DNA of 64,000 bases from Octopus sinensis (GCF_006345805.1 NC_043003.1:112468001-112532000), one strand, 5' to 3'; positions 28,891 to 43,495 are shown, numbered from the stretch's first letter. Numbers and translations are program-made. The notes: a model not told the origin generated them from the sequence alone.

Positions 28891-29370
28891 ATATCCTTAC
28901 GAAATGCACCCGATTCGTGTATCTGACTTGCGCTCTATGACTGTTCATTGTAATATTCAATACAGCGAGAGAGTCAGTTGGACGAGGTCCCATTACAATG
29001 CATTTTTATGTCTGTCACTAAACTTATCTCACTTTCAATGATGCAGACTGTCTACTTGTGAGTATATTATACAGTTGTTATTCTTTGCAATCAAGTATGA
29101 TATTGGGACTCAGCAAACACAGCTAATAGTAGCATTAGCATTTTGGTAGAATTTAGATATTACCAGAGATATATACACTGGCGAGAGCTGATTTTCACTA
29201 TACCAAATCTTTCTAGACACAGCGATACAAGCCGTTGAGGCAGCTTGTACGAAGCCACTGCATCTGCTAGAAATAGCAGTCAACTCTTCATCTCATCGCA
29301 GCTTTCCATCTTGAAACGAATACTTTAGGTTGACTAGCCCTTGATATACAAAGCACATATAATATAGTTA

Positions 29371-29458
<88 letters not shown>

Positions 29459-29700
29459 TTGCCCTTACCTTCGAAACACGGAATAAGTCGAAGCAGGGGC
29501 AGCTGAAGAAGGGGAATGTTCCTTGTGTTGCTTGTCTTGTATTCTGTTTTTCGCTTTATAAAAAAGTCTGTTTCCATGATTTGGTTTTATGTTTTCGTTT
29601 CTCGTTGTGTTCTACGTATTTTTAGTGGTGTCCTGTACCCATATATGCACGTATATATACATATAGATGTAGGTATGTACATATATGTATGTATATATAT
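29459..29700 (+). repeat. TA-associated repeat family (longer copy ~46030-46500, - strand)
   Basis: Shared cttcgaaacacg..cagctga(a/t)gaaggggaat..tgtcctgtac sequence. Confidence 0.75.
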
Positions 29701-29764
29701 GTGTTATTTATTAAATTGTTATTATATATGTATATCTATATACATATACATATACGTGTGTGTG

Positions 29765-29798
<34 letters not shown>

Positions 29799-30699
29799 AC
29801 AGTCTGATTGTCTTACAGTTCTCGCCATTTTTTTTTTGTTTTTCTATTTGAGATGGAGTAAATAGTGATGTTGGCTACGATAGCTCTTATTACCAACACA
29901 GAAGAGTATGAAAAGAAATTCAAGAAAAGAACATTAATGATGGTGATTATGATCGTGATCATGTTTACAACGACGCCGACGATGACGACGATGATGAGGA
30001 CGACGATAACAGTCCCTTATTAAGAAGATCCCTTTCCCCAAATAATCTCAGACATTTTGACATGGGATATCGTTTTGTAATTATTGTAAATATTATTGCA
30101 ATTTTTCAGATGATGTTATTATGAGTGAAGTTAACTTCGATTTCGTTGTACTTGTCATTTCACTGTTTTTGTTACTACTGCTGTAGCCCTAAGTGGTGCA
30201 GGTGGTGGTGGTAGTGTTATTGGCTTTTATAGCAGGATCCACTTCGTCGATACTATTGAATTTGCTAGAGGGTTGTATTGCCGTAAATATATAATCGTTA
30301 CTGTGACGTTGGTGTTGGTGTAGGCGTGGGTGGATGTACCTGTGACTGAAGCTTCAGTTTATACCGTTATCATTGTTGCTGCAGTTCATTTTGTCTTTAC
30401 CTTTATAGTTGTTGTTTTTGCTGTTGCTACAAGCAGGTTTCCTACACAAACTAGGAACATCATAACAGAATAATTTTTCTGAATGATCGAAAGAAGCATG
30501 TCATATGCAAAAGCAAACCGTGAAAGCAATAAAGAAAAAATAGAATAAAATTAAGAAAGTATAAACAAAAACAATGATCTCTGAATGGATTACCGAGTTT
30601 TTAAAAACATGCAAGCATTAATCTTGCATAAGAGGAGCCCAGCCGCCAACCCCCTGATTAAGGTTCGATGCCTGTCATTTTCTGTTATTATATACCGCA

Positions 30700-30970
30700 T
30701 TCTGGCTTCGTCCTTCTTCTTCTCTTCTTCTTCTTATTCTTTCTTATTCTTTCTTCTTCGTCTTCTTCTTCAGTCTTTTGTTCTTCTCGTTGTCTTCTTC
30801 TTCTTTTTTCTTCTTCTTCTTCTTCTACTTTTCTCTTCTCCTCCTCCTCCTCCTCTTCTTCTTCTTCTTCTTCTTTTCATCTACTACTACTACTACCACT
30901 ACCACTACTGCTATTTCTCATCTCCTTTTGCTTTTCTTCTTCTTCCTCTATTCCTTCCTTCCTTCGCTCT
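30700..30970. repeat. (CTT)n/(CCT)n/(CTA)n low-complexity tract
   Basis: Direct reading; complementary (GAA)n tract at 60745-60880. Confidence 0.9.
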
Positions 30971-31410
30971 TCTATTCTTTCTTTCAATTATTATTTTTAT
31001 TAGTATTACTAGAATATGTGTTTCTTCTTTTTCTAGTAGGCGTAGCAGCAGTAGTGGAAGTATTTTAATTCCTATTATGGATGAATAAGAAATGGTATTC
31101 GCTGTCAAAAATGAATAATCCTTGCTTTTCTTCTAGTAGAAAAATGATATACGTGTGTTTTGCTTGTATGTATGTTTATATATTTTGGGAGTTTTCCTTC
31201 TGTTTTCTTTACCATTTATAGTTTTCCACTTTATGACAAGATGAAGCTCAAATTCCCATACAACATATCTGAAACTGTAGAATTACATCTTGACAAGAAA
31301 ACGCAAAGCAAACGGCTCCCAGCTTGAAAAAGCGTCAGGTTCAGTTTGAAAACGTATCTAGAAATAAGATTTTTTGTTCCGACTTACATAATCTGATATA
31401 AATTGTAATA

Positions 31411-31457
<47 letters not shown>

Positions 31458-31531
31458 TTAATATCATCATCATCATCATCATCATTATCATCATCATCAT
31501 CGTCATCATCGTCATCATCATTATCCTTATC

Positions 31532-31585
<54 letters not shown>

Positions 31586-31589
31586 TTGA

Positions 31590-32200
31590 ACCCCAAAAGT
31601 ACAAGATAAGAATTTCGAAAAATGCGCGAAACATAACTAAATGAGGAGAGTATTATCAAAGCAATGAATACATGGGCCATACCAATATCAATGTTCTCTT
31701 CTCCTTTTTAAAATTGACAAACACAGGAGTATCAGATCATAATGCATGGCTCGCACCACACTAAAAGTAATAGCGACAGGCTCTACAATCAAGAGAAAGA
31801 AAGAGCAGAGGTTTCTATGTAGAAAACACTGTTGCCATTGCGATACTGTATTTGCAAATCTATGTTGTGCATAGGGACGAAAGAATATTATTTTCAGGAG
31901 GAAATATGCAGTAAGCTATTGAGATAATAAGAGAATTCAAAACCAAAAGGAATAAATGTTGTATAAATAGCTGGAAAGTGACGCAGATACAAGGCCAATT
32001 CATGCAACAAATTGAGGGTGTTAGAAGTAAAGAACAGTGGTTGTGGTCGATAGACGGACGCGTGAAACGAGAAAGCGAATCACTCCCTTTAGCTGCTCAC
32101 GAACAAGTATTTCTAAAAATAGCCCAACAACTATTGTTTTGGCCAGGGTCAAAATACAGGTCTCTTGACATGTTCGATAAACTGTGACGCCTAAAGCAAA
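31590..32200 (+). mobile_element. Decayed Dong/R4-like non-LTR fragment
   Basis: IIKAMNTWAIP, HGSHHTKSNSDRLY and QGQFMQQ..WLWSIDGRVKRESESLPLAAHEQV resemble the R4/Dong post-RT region; abuts an (AAT)/(ATC)/(ATT) array. Confidence 0.65.
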
Positions 32201-32517
32201 CACCAATCAACATAAGTGATTTAGTAAAATCACGCACTGATTGGTCAGAATACAGTTTGCAAAAAATAACATTCTCGAGCTTATACAAATGTATTGAAGA
32301 CACACGGTTTAACCATCTCATGTAAATTGTAAATCATAACTGTCACCACTACAACATGAACCTGAAGATTGCACAGATTAATGCATGAAAGCACTAGTTC
32401 AATCTGAATGGACAGTTAATATTCTATCATTTCATTTCATTATATTATTCGATATTATATTACTATAAGATTGTAAATAAAGCGTGACTTCAAAGTTGGA
32501 ATTTCCTTGAGTAATCT

Positions 32518-32551
<34 letters not shown>

Positions 32552-32804
32552 TGTGTGTGTGTGTGTTGTGTGTGTGTGTGTGCATCTTTCTATCCTCTTA
32601 CTTTTTCAGCCATTTCAATGCGATCGATACTGGGCGCCGCCCTGAAAAGCGATTCGACCTCAGTATTTACTTTTTAAGCCTGCTACTTATTTTTCGGTCT
32701 CTTTAAATTATACATCTATATATAAAACACACACACAACACACACACACATACACACACACACACCACCACCACACACACACACACACCACACACATATA
32801 TATA

Positions 32805-33358
32805 TATATTATATTAAATTAGAGATAAAACCACTATTAGGCAAATCATACAATGAAAAACTTAAGCCAGTACATAAGGTTATTTAATTTTATTTATTTA
32901 AATATATAACAAAATTATTAAAAAAATATAATTAATATAACGCTAACGATCGTTCATGGCTGTTAATTTCTTTAAATTTTCGAGTTACAGTCATTCATCA
33001 TGTGGTTTAAATATTTAACTTGGCGAGGTTTAATCAATGAACTCATTGATTAAACCTCGCCAAATTAAATATTTAAACCACATGATGAATGACTGTAACT
33101 CGAAAATTTAAAGAAATTAACAGCCATGAAACGATCGTAGCGTTATATTAATTATATTTTTTTAATAATTTTGTTATATATTTAAATAATATAAATTAAA
33201 TAACCTTATGTACTGGCTTAAGTTTTTCATTGTATGATTTGCCTAATAGTGGTTTTATCTCTAATTTAATATAATATAATATTTTACTATAAAATTGGAC
33301 TCAATACTAAATCTGATTTTTCCCTGTAAGTTTGGATTTATTCCCTAATATTTATTAT
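32805..33358. mobile_element. Long palindromic element with HHRs (33079-33142 +, inverted copy ~32941-33003)
   Basis: Arms of ~235 bp meet at a 2-nt spacer (33041-33042); CAC AUGAUGA AUGACUGU..ACAGCCAU GAAA CGAUCG UA GCG. Confidence 0.85.
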
Positions 33359-33469
33359 ATATATATGCGTTTGTGTTCTGTGTGTGTGTCTGTCGGTGTG
33401 AATGCGTGTATGTATATATGTTATAAATTTAGGTAAATAATTATAGACACACGCACCTTCGTGTTGGGG

Positions 33470-33720
33470 ATCATCTTTACTTTGTTATCTCCCCTACTTC
33501 CTCCCCCTCGTGTGTGGCCCTCCTGTCTGGCAGTCGCCATGATAGATCGTTAGCCACTACACACATTTTTTCTCTCCTTGTTTTTCTGTGTCCCTTTCTG
33601 TAGAAGAGCGTAGGCTCGAAACGTAAAATACTTTTTCTTTTCTTGAGCGTTATCCTAATACATCTGTTTGTTTTGTACACCACCTGTCTTCGTCTTTTGT
33701 TTTCTTCTTAAAATCTCCCT
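33470..33720 (+). mobile_element. Short HHR element (HHR 33595-33628); relatives ~47063-47255, ~53152-53340, ~53348-53520 (all - strand)
   Basis: UUU CUGUAGA A GAGC-GUAG-GCUC GAAA CG UA AAA; 3' ends abut (TA)n. Confidence 0.75.
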
Positions 33721-34390
33721 ATATATACGTATATTTGAATGTATAACAAACAATTTGCTTGCTGAAATTATAAACAGGCAAAAAGATGCTTGTTAGATCC
33801 AGTAATCTGACATATCGTAGTCAGTGGAGAGACATTGATTTCGAAAGCCCGGATTTCTTAGTCTCTTTATACTAATGAATCGAGTGTGTTGCAAGTACCC
33901 AATTGTCTGAAACAAGTTGTTCTCCATTGATGAAATACAAGGTCGACAAGCATATTCAATTTCAAATCTAACACGAATAAGCCATCGAATTGATATGTGT
34001 GTATGTATGCATGTGCTGTGTGCGTGTGTCAACGCGCGCGTGTGTAGGCAATTGTATGTATATAAATATGTGTGTGTGCGTGAGCGCGCATATGTTTGTG
34101 CTTGTAGCAGGAATATCTTTAACAACAGATTGATTTAATAATTCATTTTACAAAAATTCCGAGGACGACAAAGCATGAGTGTGTATGAGTGTGTGTGTGC
34201 GCATATATATATATATATGTATGTAAAATTTATATTTATGTTATTTATGTTTATATATATATATATACATGCATACATACTCATATATAAATACATACAT
34301 ACTTACATAATACATGCATACATACACACATACATACATACATAAATACATACATACATACATACATACATACATAGATACATACATACA

Positions 34391-34426
<36 letters not shown>

Positions 34427-35078
34427 CATGTCTTTTATAAGGCTTTCTCCATGGCGTGGTCTGTTCCGCTTTTGGCTTCTCTTTTTTCTAAGTCCAATTA
34501 TTATTTTGGCTCTTAATTTAATCTTTCAAGTTAAACGAGTCGTAATCAGTTTCAGCGACTATTTTAAAATGGGAAACTTTTTATCGAGTCTACAAAGAGC
34601 AAATTTGATTCACATATTCTACTATTTTCTAAATCTTATCTGCTATGCTTTTCTCACCATATTGCGCATCAAAGTCTAGAACATAGCTATTTTACGTAGC
34701 TCCGCTATGATAATCATTGTTGGTCTCTATCATTTAATAAAATCGTTTTTATTTAAGAAGTTCTACAAAATAGACCATTTGTAGTTTTCAAGATAATTGC
34801 AATTTGGCTAATGTAGATAGGAATTTTTAGTCAATTGGAAACTATATTTTTCTTCTGAATGTCCAGCATATTTTCATTTCCATTCAACGGAACGTTCCCC
34901 GCTTACCACATCTTTCTCTCATTCTCTGATTATCACTACGTTCACGTCAGGTTCGACAGCTTTATATATTTCTAATAAAACAAGCTGTTCCTGGATATGC
35001 ACAAACCACACACAATACTATACACACGTTCATACACACACACAGTCACATACACAATAAACAAATGCGCCCCCCCCC

Positions 35079-35148
<70 letters not shown>

Positions 35149-35163
35149 CATATATATATACTA

Positions 35164-35490
35164 TTGTGTCTGGGGAGGAGAGTCATTTTCTTTTTGTGCC
35201 TTATTATGTAACATTCACGGGTAAATTTTCCACGTTTTTCTTATTTTTATTGTTCTAAAAAATTTTGTTCCGTCTTGCAACCATTTCAATAGCTGAAAAC
35301 TATTGAAAAGGTTGCAAGACGGAACGAAAATTTTAGAAAAATAAAAATAAGAAAAAAGGGAAAATTTTACCGGTGAGTGTGTTACATAATAAGGCACAAA
35401 AAGAAAATGACTCTCCCCAGACACAACATAATATGCTCCAACACACGAACTCATATAATGAATCTTGCAAACCAAATCCAAAAACGAAAT
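35164..35490. repeat. Fold-back element in (TA)n
   Basis: Arms ~35164-35292 and ~35300-35426 with a 7-nt loop; (TA)n on both sides. Confidence 0.85.
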
Positions 35491-35493
35491 ATA

Positions 35494-35563
<70 letters not shown>

Positions 35564-35619
35564 TATATTTGTATGAATGTATATATGTATATTCCGTGGA
35601 ATTAAGATCAACAAAAAGA

Positions 35620-37740
35620 GTACTCTATCTGGTGAGAGATAAACACACCATATATTATATTTTTTATGGAGCTACTAATAGTTTAATACGATAAAAACAA
35701 CTCAGGCAGCATTCTATAATTCGTTTAGTGCCTTCAAGCAATCCTCAGACTGAGTCGACAAAGCATAACAAGCTAAAACAGGACGATAGAATAAGAGAAG
35801 ATACGATGAAAGGTGAGAAAGAAGATGTGAATAAGCAAGGTTGAAAACACCAGAAAACGAGAGAAAACTAAATTTAGGAATGAATTAGAGTTAAGTTCCC
35901 TTTGACAAAAAGTCGTAATAAGACTGAATGGAGAGGGGCCTAAACTCTGCGGTAGAGCTGCTCAATCCAGAGAAGGTGTTATTATTCAATTCGACAATAG
36001 GAACTTATCCAATGTTTACATTCACTGAAAATTTCAGATCTGGAATTCAGCAGTGCGGTGGAGTTGTTAGGTCTGAAAAGGTGTAACGTTAGACTTCAAA
36101 CTCGATACGTAGCTCACTTTGATATAGATTTTATTTTTCTGTATCGAGATCGCTGCTTGATAAGGCGGTCGAGTTTGATAAATCATATGTTGATATAGAC
36201 TCTGTAGACCTAGACCTGTTCATGCATGCGAGAAAAGCACTCCTGTTTAGTAAGACTCAGCATGGATAAAAAAGTTTGATACCGCTGAATTGTATGACGT
36301 ATCGATGGAATCATACTTCAGTGCTGACATCTGTGATCTTGTACTAAACACATTCAGATCCAAGTGTCCATCCCACGACGATAGTCTATTCCAAGACGAT
36401 GGGTTGGGTATTTCCTATAGCTGTGATGATCACATCCTAGATAAATATAAGAAATAACTCAATTAGACCTTAAAATCACAGTCGCTACTAATCTGCCAAA
36501 AGTCGATTCTTTAGATATTTCTCGAGATCTAAATGCTTCCTCTTATAAACCTTACCATATGCCCAGCGGGAAACTTTCCTATATACAGTCTTGTCCCCCC
36601 AGCCCTCACCCATAGTGTTTAAAATATTAAACACAACATAAGCAACAGAATATCTAACCTCTCTTCCTCTAAAGAAATTTTTGAGAAGGCAGCCCCTAGT
36701 ACGATAATGCCTTAGCTAATATTAGCTTTAAAGTTGAATTCATTTACAACTCTTCTAAGAATAACATAATTTACTCCAAGGAGAATAATTTGGTTCGTCC
36801 TCCCTATTTCCCTTAACGTTAAAACCAAAATAAGTAAGATTCCTGTCTCTCTTAGATAAACATTTTCCCGTAAATCATAGGTACTGAAAACTATTTAACA
36901 GGCTCTCAATCAAATTATCATATAGCTGCTGTGCCAATATCAAGAACTTCATTACACGCCAAGATCCTACTCCCACCAAGATCCTACTCCCAGTTGTAAC
37001 TATCGAAATCCAGAAACCTCTCCACTCAACCAGCGATGCGTCAATTATGACGCAGGAGTTAAAGCAACACTAAATGATAACATAACTGAAAAGAAGTGTT
37101 GCATCGGGTTATGGGAAGGCGACTTCAAATATAGTTATGCTAACCACATGATTTTCTTCTGGTAAAAGGAAAGCCATTAAGTTGGCTAGCTACGAATGGA
37201 GTTTAAAGTCTAACGCCACATTACATACAACTAAGTGGAAATTAGCTAAGAAGTCCACAGTATATTCCAGCGGATCAGAAAAATTTAAGCTAGGCGTAGA
37301 TGAACGATCACAGATCCTGTTCAGGTCCTAGAACTCTACTCCACTGATTAATTTCCAGCGGAATTAAACAAATGAATAAGATCCTGTTTGCGATTTGGAA
37401 AATACTACCCCCTCTGGATTGGTCAGCTGTACGGCGGAATTTAGGCCTCTCTCAATTCAGTCTTATTATGATTTTACACTCCATGCGGACATAACTCTAA
37501 TTCTCCTTAAGTTTTCGTTCTTTTTTTCCTTTTCTTTTCGTTTTCCGGTGCTTTCACACTTCCACCTTTTACATCTACTTTCATCTCCCCTTTCATCGTG
37601 TTTTAGCGTGTTATGTCATGTGATCATAGTATGAGGATTGCGTGAAGGCAGCAGACTTATTACAAAATGCTGCTGAGTGGTTTTCCTCACACAAAACTAT
37701 CAGTAGCTCATGAAAAAGTATAGTATGTTTACTAAATTAT
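35620..37740 (+). mobile_element. Decayed PLE (Naiad-like RT + GIY-YIG) with inverted copy of its 3' end upstream
   Basis: LFQDDGLG, LKITVATNLPKVDSLD, YKPYH, SCNYRNPETSPLNQRC and CIGLWEGDFK remnants; 35620-36120 is a diverged reverse complement of ~37185-37740; HHRs at 35670-35751 (-) and 37628-37708 (+). Confidence 0.8.
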
Positions 37741-37749
37741 ATTTCATTT

Positions 37750-37989
37750 TCCTTTTCTTTTACTTGTTTCAGTTATTTGACTGCGGCCATGCTGGAGCAC
37801 CACTTTAAAGAATTTTAGTTGAAGAAACCGACCCCAGGACTTATTTTATGTAAGCCTAGTACTTATTTTATATTACGTTGACAAACACACCAGCATCTGT
37901 TGTCTAGCGGTGGCATGTGGACAAACGTAAACGCACATACGCACACGCGCGCAAATTCATACATACATACATGCATATATATAATATAT

Positions 37990-38062
<73 letters not shown>

Positions 38063-38182
38063 GATGGGCTACTTTCAGTCTCAGCCTACCAACCAAATCC
38101 ATTCACAAGGCTTTGGGCGGCCCGAAGTGGGACTGAATCCGGAACCATGAAGTTGGGAAGGAAACCTATTACCACATAGCCA
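37750..38182 (-). mobile_element. SINE family A, internally deleted
   Basis: tacttgtttcagttatttgactgcggccatgctggagcac..gtgggactgaatccggaaccatg. Confidence 0.8.
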
Positions 38183-38790
38183 TATATATGCAGTGTACTG
38201 TCCTGTTGCTATGCATTGTTATTCCCAAAGTGAGTGGCGTCGTCCCACTGAGGGCGTTAAAAAACGATACTGTGAGTGCGTTGAATAAATATGGAGGTGA
38301 TAATTGGAGTGAAAAAAGGAGTCGTTGATGGCCAATGCCGCCCTCTATGTTTCAATGATGCACTCTCAGATAAACTAGAACTTAACTCCACGCCGGCGAT
38401 GTGATTAAATAATATTTATTTATGCACAACACATCATGTTTTACAAATCTTAGGTGATTTGAAAAATCTTTAAAATGTAGGTTTTTAAAGCGGACTTTCT
38501 GAAAATTTAAACAGATATAAATAAACTTTGCATGTTTTCTTCTCGGAAAAGAAATCACACACACTAACAAAAACACACACGCGCGCGTGCGCGCACAAAG
38601 GATTATGTTCCAATTTTTCAGGCGTAGATAACATCTCCTCAAAAGGCAAGAAGCGACTTAATCTACTTCTCACGAAGAGAAGTTGTTGCAACTGCAATTT
38701 AAAACAAACTCAAACCAGAACTAAGCTGACTGGCTGGGTGGATGAATGTCTAAACGTGTAGCCACACGTCTAGCTGACCGGCCGGCTGGG

Positions 38791-38903
<113 letters not shown>

Positions 38904-38925
38904 TGATAGATAGATAGATGGATAG

Positions 38926-38956
<31 letters not shown>

Positions 38957-38987
38957 CATACATACATACATACATAGATGGATAGAC

Positions 38988-39040
<53 letters not shown>

Positions 39041-41960
39041 TGTTTCTTTATTAGCCACACAGGGCTGCACACAGATAGAACAAATTACAAGGTAGAGCTT
39101 TTCTTTTGAAGGTTTAAAAAAAAAAAAAAAGAAAATAGGAAGGGGGAGTTTCGATCAAAAGGGATCGTAAAAGGAGAGAAAGAGGACAAAAAAGGGGGGT
39201 TAAAAAAAAGGGGGAGACGAAAAAAAAAAAATTTGATCAATAGGGATCGTTATCACAGAAATGTCAATATGAAGTGTAAAGGGGAGGACAGGTGAGGTTT
39301 ACCCGTGGAAAGAAAAGCCTACGGAAAAGACCACGGTAACCTCGGTCAATGGAGTCACATGTTATATTTCTTTTTTTTTTTTTGCAAATAAACAACTCTC
39401 TGTTTTCAATTTCTGGGTTCATAGGATCATGCTCAAGGTGGCTTCATCATTCATACGTGCCCTTCTTGCTACATTCACCCATCTTTTTTTAAAACATTCG
39501 GTAGACAAAACTTGCCTCTCTACTCTCACTTTCCTTTTCAAGTGGTACTTGAAGAAGTTGATGAGAGATTGACCAGAGAGGAAAGTGTTTGTCTCCAATC
39601 CTTTCAGACGCGTCCACCAGATACATTCTTTCGCCATAGCCACAAGGATGATGAAAATAGCTCTTCCTTCCCGTTTGAAGGAGGGAGGCGTGACAATATT
39701 AACGATAGACTCAGCTGATATAAACCGACTCGTCCCACACGTGACAGCAGTTGTTCGACACAAGCCACAGGTCGGAAATTGTGGAACACTGCACGATGCG
39801 TGCAGAACGGTTTCGTCGCTCTGACCGCATCTCGGGCAGGTCGGCCCCGTGTTTCTCGAGCCGTGTCTGTAGAGCTTATCCCGAACGGTAGCGCTTCTGG
39901 TAGCACTGACAGGCCAGGGATCTCTGGAAGTTGTTCATGGGCCCTGGCCCGAAAGTCGTCCTGAACAGGCGGGTCAGGTACTCCTCGTCGACGTCCAGGT
40001 CGCCCCGAGCTCGTCGTCGTACCTCCCCTCCACTAAACCCCTATAGAATGCTTTGGTTGTGTTGAAGTCACTCAAGGTCGACCCAGGACGGCAGAGTTGC
40101 TTGAGAGCAACGCGACACTCGCGGTGCCACTCGCCCTTCTTCGGCCTCTTTTTGATCCACGACTGCAGTTCGGTCATGGAGACGAGCTGCGGGAAAGCGT
40201 GCCTCACAAACGGCGACAACACATGTTCACCGTCGTCTACATAGAGCCAGAGATGTCGCAGTCTCAGCGCGTGTCTGCGCATCATCAACCACGGCATGCC
40301 CAGCCCTCCTTTTAACGGGTGTTGACAGCAAATGGATCGCCTGACCATCGGGACGCATCCTTTCAACAAGAAGCGAAAGAGAATGCGTTGTAGTTTGGTG
40401 ATGGTAGGGTCGGGACAAGGTACGACGGTCAGGCGGTAGTAGATGACGGACGCGATGTACGTGTTCGCCACCTCCGCCCAACCTTTTAGGGACAGTTTCC
40501 TCTCGGCCCATTGCCGGGCGAGAGTGACCACCCTACTCGTTATCTCGTTCCAGTTCTTCTCCACTTGGAGGTCCGGACCAAACCAGACCCCGAGCAACTC
40601 AACCGGGCAGTCGGTCCAGCATCCCACGACGGAGGCGCTGGTGGACGTCATGGGTTTGCTTCTCCAGGTGCCGAGTCGCAAGCCCACTGACTTTTCCCGG
40701 TTGATTTTTGCTCCTGTCACCGCTTCGTAGTTTTTCAATGTCTCGCCGACCTGCTCGATGTGCTCGTGGCTAGACACTATGACGGTGACGTCGTCCGCGT
40801 ATGCAGACACGCTCGTCCCGCATCCCAATTCTCGCGGGATGCCTCTCAAGGTTGCCAGCTTCCGCGATAATGGCTCGAGAGTCAATACGTATAGAAGCGC
40901 CGAGAGGGGGCATCCCTGACGAACCGAAAGTGCGATGTCGAAGGGTCTCGATAGATGTCCATTCACGCGAATTACCGAACGGATGCCTCTGTACAAAGCG
41001 GCTATCCAGCCGCGGAAGATGGGACCGAAGCCAGCCGCTCCGAGGACCGCCTCCAAGTATCGATGGTCCACCCTATCGAAAGCTTTCGATTGATCCAAAT
41101 TGATCAGCGCCCCACCCATGCCAGGTTCGTTAACTACCCTGTCTATGATGTAGCGCATCAGGTGGAGGTTGTCATGGATGGTCCGGCCTGGCACGGCGCA
41201 TGTTTGCGCCCTGTCGACCAGTTTCTCGATGACAAGCGCCAACCTCTTGGCTAGCACCTTGGCCAAAATTTTCAAGTCTGCATTAAGCAGAGTGATGGCC
41301 TAAAGTTATCTATACATTTCCCTTGTTTAGATCTTTCTTCAGCAGTGTTACGGCTCCTCGGCGCTCACAAAACCAGGAATGCTCCCGTTTTGCTGCCAGT
41401 TGCAGTACACCGCCGCCAAGAGATCTCCAAACAAGTCTGGCATACAATTGTAAAGCTCGTAGGGTAGACCATCCAAACCCGGTGATTATCCCCCGAGCAT
41501 TCTGCCATCGCTTCCTGCACTTCCGCCGCCGTGATGGCACCTTCGCAGCACCCTGCCTTTCTTGTCGAGTGTCGTGGTAGGCTATGTAGGTAGGCACTGA
41601 AGTCCACCCTACGTTCTTGCCCTCCACTCGTTCGAACAGTCGGGCAAAATGCTGCTGAAAGGCCTCACACATTTTACTTGGCTCGAGCAATTCGCGCCCC
41701 TGTTCATCTACCAGGGACCGAATGGTGGCTTTGTTGCCCTGTTGCGCCTCTGCCACCCGGGCCTCTATCGCGGCTCCAACACCTTCGTTCCTTAGAGCAC
41801 GCATCCTAGCTCTGACAGCACATCCTTCGTGTTTGGCGTTGAAGTGTTGGTCGAGGGCCAACCTCGCCGCCAAAACGTCGGATGCGATGCCGCTTCTAAT
41901 TGCCTCTTCTAGCTTCTTAACTAGCTCACCCTCTAATATACCGCTGCCAAGACGTCTCAT
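39041..41960 (-). mobile_element. 5'-truncated Tx1/L1-clade LINE in (GATA)n array
   Basis: GC-rich; frameshifted ORF2 with a Cys/His-rich C-terminus, 3' UTR and AATAAA just before (TATC)n. Confidence 0.92.
39974..41275 (-). pseudogene. Reverse transcriptase segment of LINE ORF2
   Basis: KILAKVLAKRL, LDQSKAFDRVDH, SVRQGCPLS, SAYADDV, KGGLGMP; frameshifts on both sides. Confidence 0.9.
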
Positions 41961-41974
41961 GGATAGATAGATAA

Positions 41975-42058
<84 letters not shown>

Positions 42059-42132
42059 TTAGTTAGATACATACATACATACATATATACATACATACAT
42101 ACATAGATGGATAGATAGATAAATAGATAGAT

Positions 42133-42176
<44 letters not shown>

Positions 42177-43049
42177 TGTTCTATGAATGTATACATTTAG
42201 GTAGGTAGGTAGTTTGGTAGGTAGGTAGGTAGGTAGGTAGGATATGTAGGTAAGTAGGTAGGTAGGTAGGGAGGGAGGTTGGTAGTTTAGTAAGTAGATA
42301 GGCTGGTAGGTACGTAGGTAGGTAGGTAGGTACGTACGTATGTAGGTTCGTACGTAGGTAAAAGCAAAAGTAAAAAGAGAAGTAGTTATCCAATAATAAG
42401 TAAAGACATCGAAAGGATAATAACTGTACTAAATCTATATAACAATTATAATTTAAACGTTAATTCGTATATACTTGGAAGAGTATTAACGAGTTAATTA
42501 CCGGTAAAAACGTCCCATTTTACAATCCCATTCATTTCTTTTTGGGCCCCTTCTGCAAATCTTTAAAATATCCGTTTATTAAGCTTTTAAAGTGGTTGGC
42601 AATTATAAAATCGATAATTCTTAGGTCAGTTAGTTTATTTTAATATGCAGCTAACACAGCGTTTACAAACAACAGAAATTATTTCTTCTGCATTCGTTCA
42701 TTTGTTAGTTTGTTCGTGTGTTTTGCTTTTAGCCGTTGTTATAAGAATTATAAGTCGTTGGTAAGGAGGTGGGAGAAAGTGAACAACGAAGCTAAAGAAA
42801 AGTTTTCCGAGAAAGACCTTTTGAGAGTGGAAATCAAAGTCTGACTTTCTTCGTTTCAGTTGGTATTTTAGTATATGACAATTCTTTACAATGCAAAGGA
42901 AACTGTGCACCTGTTTTATGTGTGATTGTCCAAGCATGTACAAGTGGTCTGTGACTGTATGTATATGTATATATGCAATCAGAAATATGTATATATAAAC
43001 ACGCAGGTACAAATATACATACAAGTGTGTGTATATATATATTATATTC

Positions 43050-43181
43050 TTTTAATCTTTTATTTATTTCAGACATTTGATTGCGACCATGCTGGAACAC
43101 TGCCTTTAGTTGAGCAAACGATGTTGGGGGGACAAACACCCAAAAACATATACACACACAAATACACACACACACACACAC

Positions 43182-43212
<31 letters not shown>

Positions 43213-43380
43213 ATTTACGACGGGCTTCTTTCACTTTGTACCTACCAAATCCACTCACAAGGCTTTGGTCTGCCCGAGGCTGTAGTAGAAGACACTCGGC
43301 CAAAGTGCCTCGCAGTGGGACTGAACCCGGAACCATGTGATTGGTAAGAAAGCTACCTACCACACAACCATTTCTACGCC
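43050..43380 (-). mobile_element. SINE family A, deleted
   Basis: cgcagtgggactgaacccggaaccatg..ccaaatccactcacaagg. Confidence 0.85.
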
Positions 43381-43404
43381 TCTCTCTCTCTCTCTCTCTC
43401 TGTA

Positions 43405-43495
<91 letters not shown>

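Noticed and set aside
33085-33131. SECIS-like AUGAA..UGAA hairpin
   Set aside because: The tandem GA pairs are part of the hammerhead core, AA spacing (14 nt) is off, and there is no selenoprotein ORF upstream
40053-41970. Plus-strand ORFs over the LINE
   Set aside because: Antisense shadows of a GC-rich RT frame
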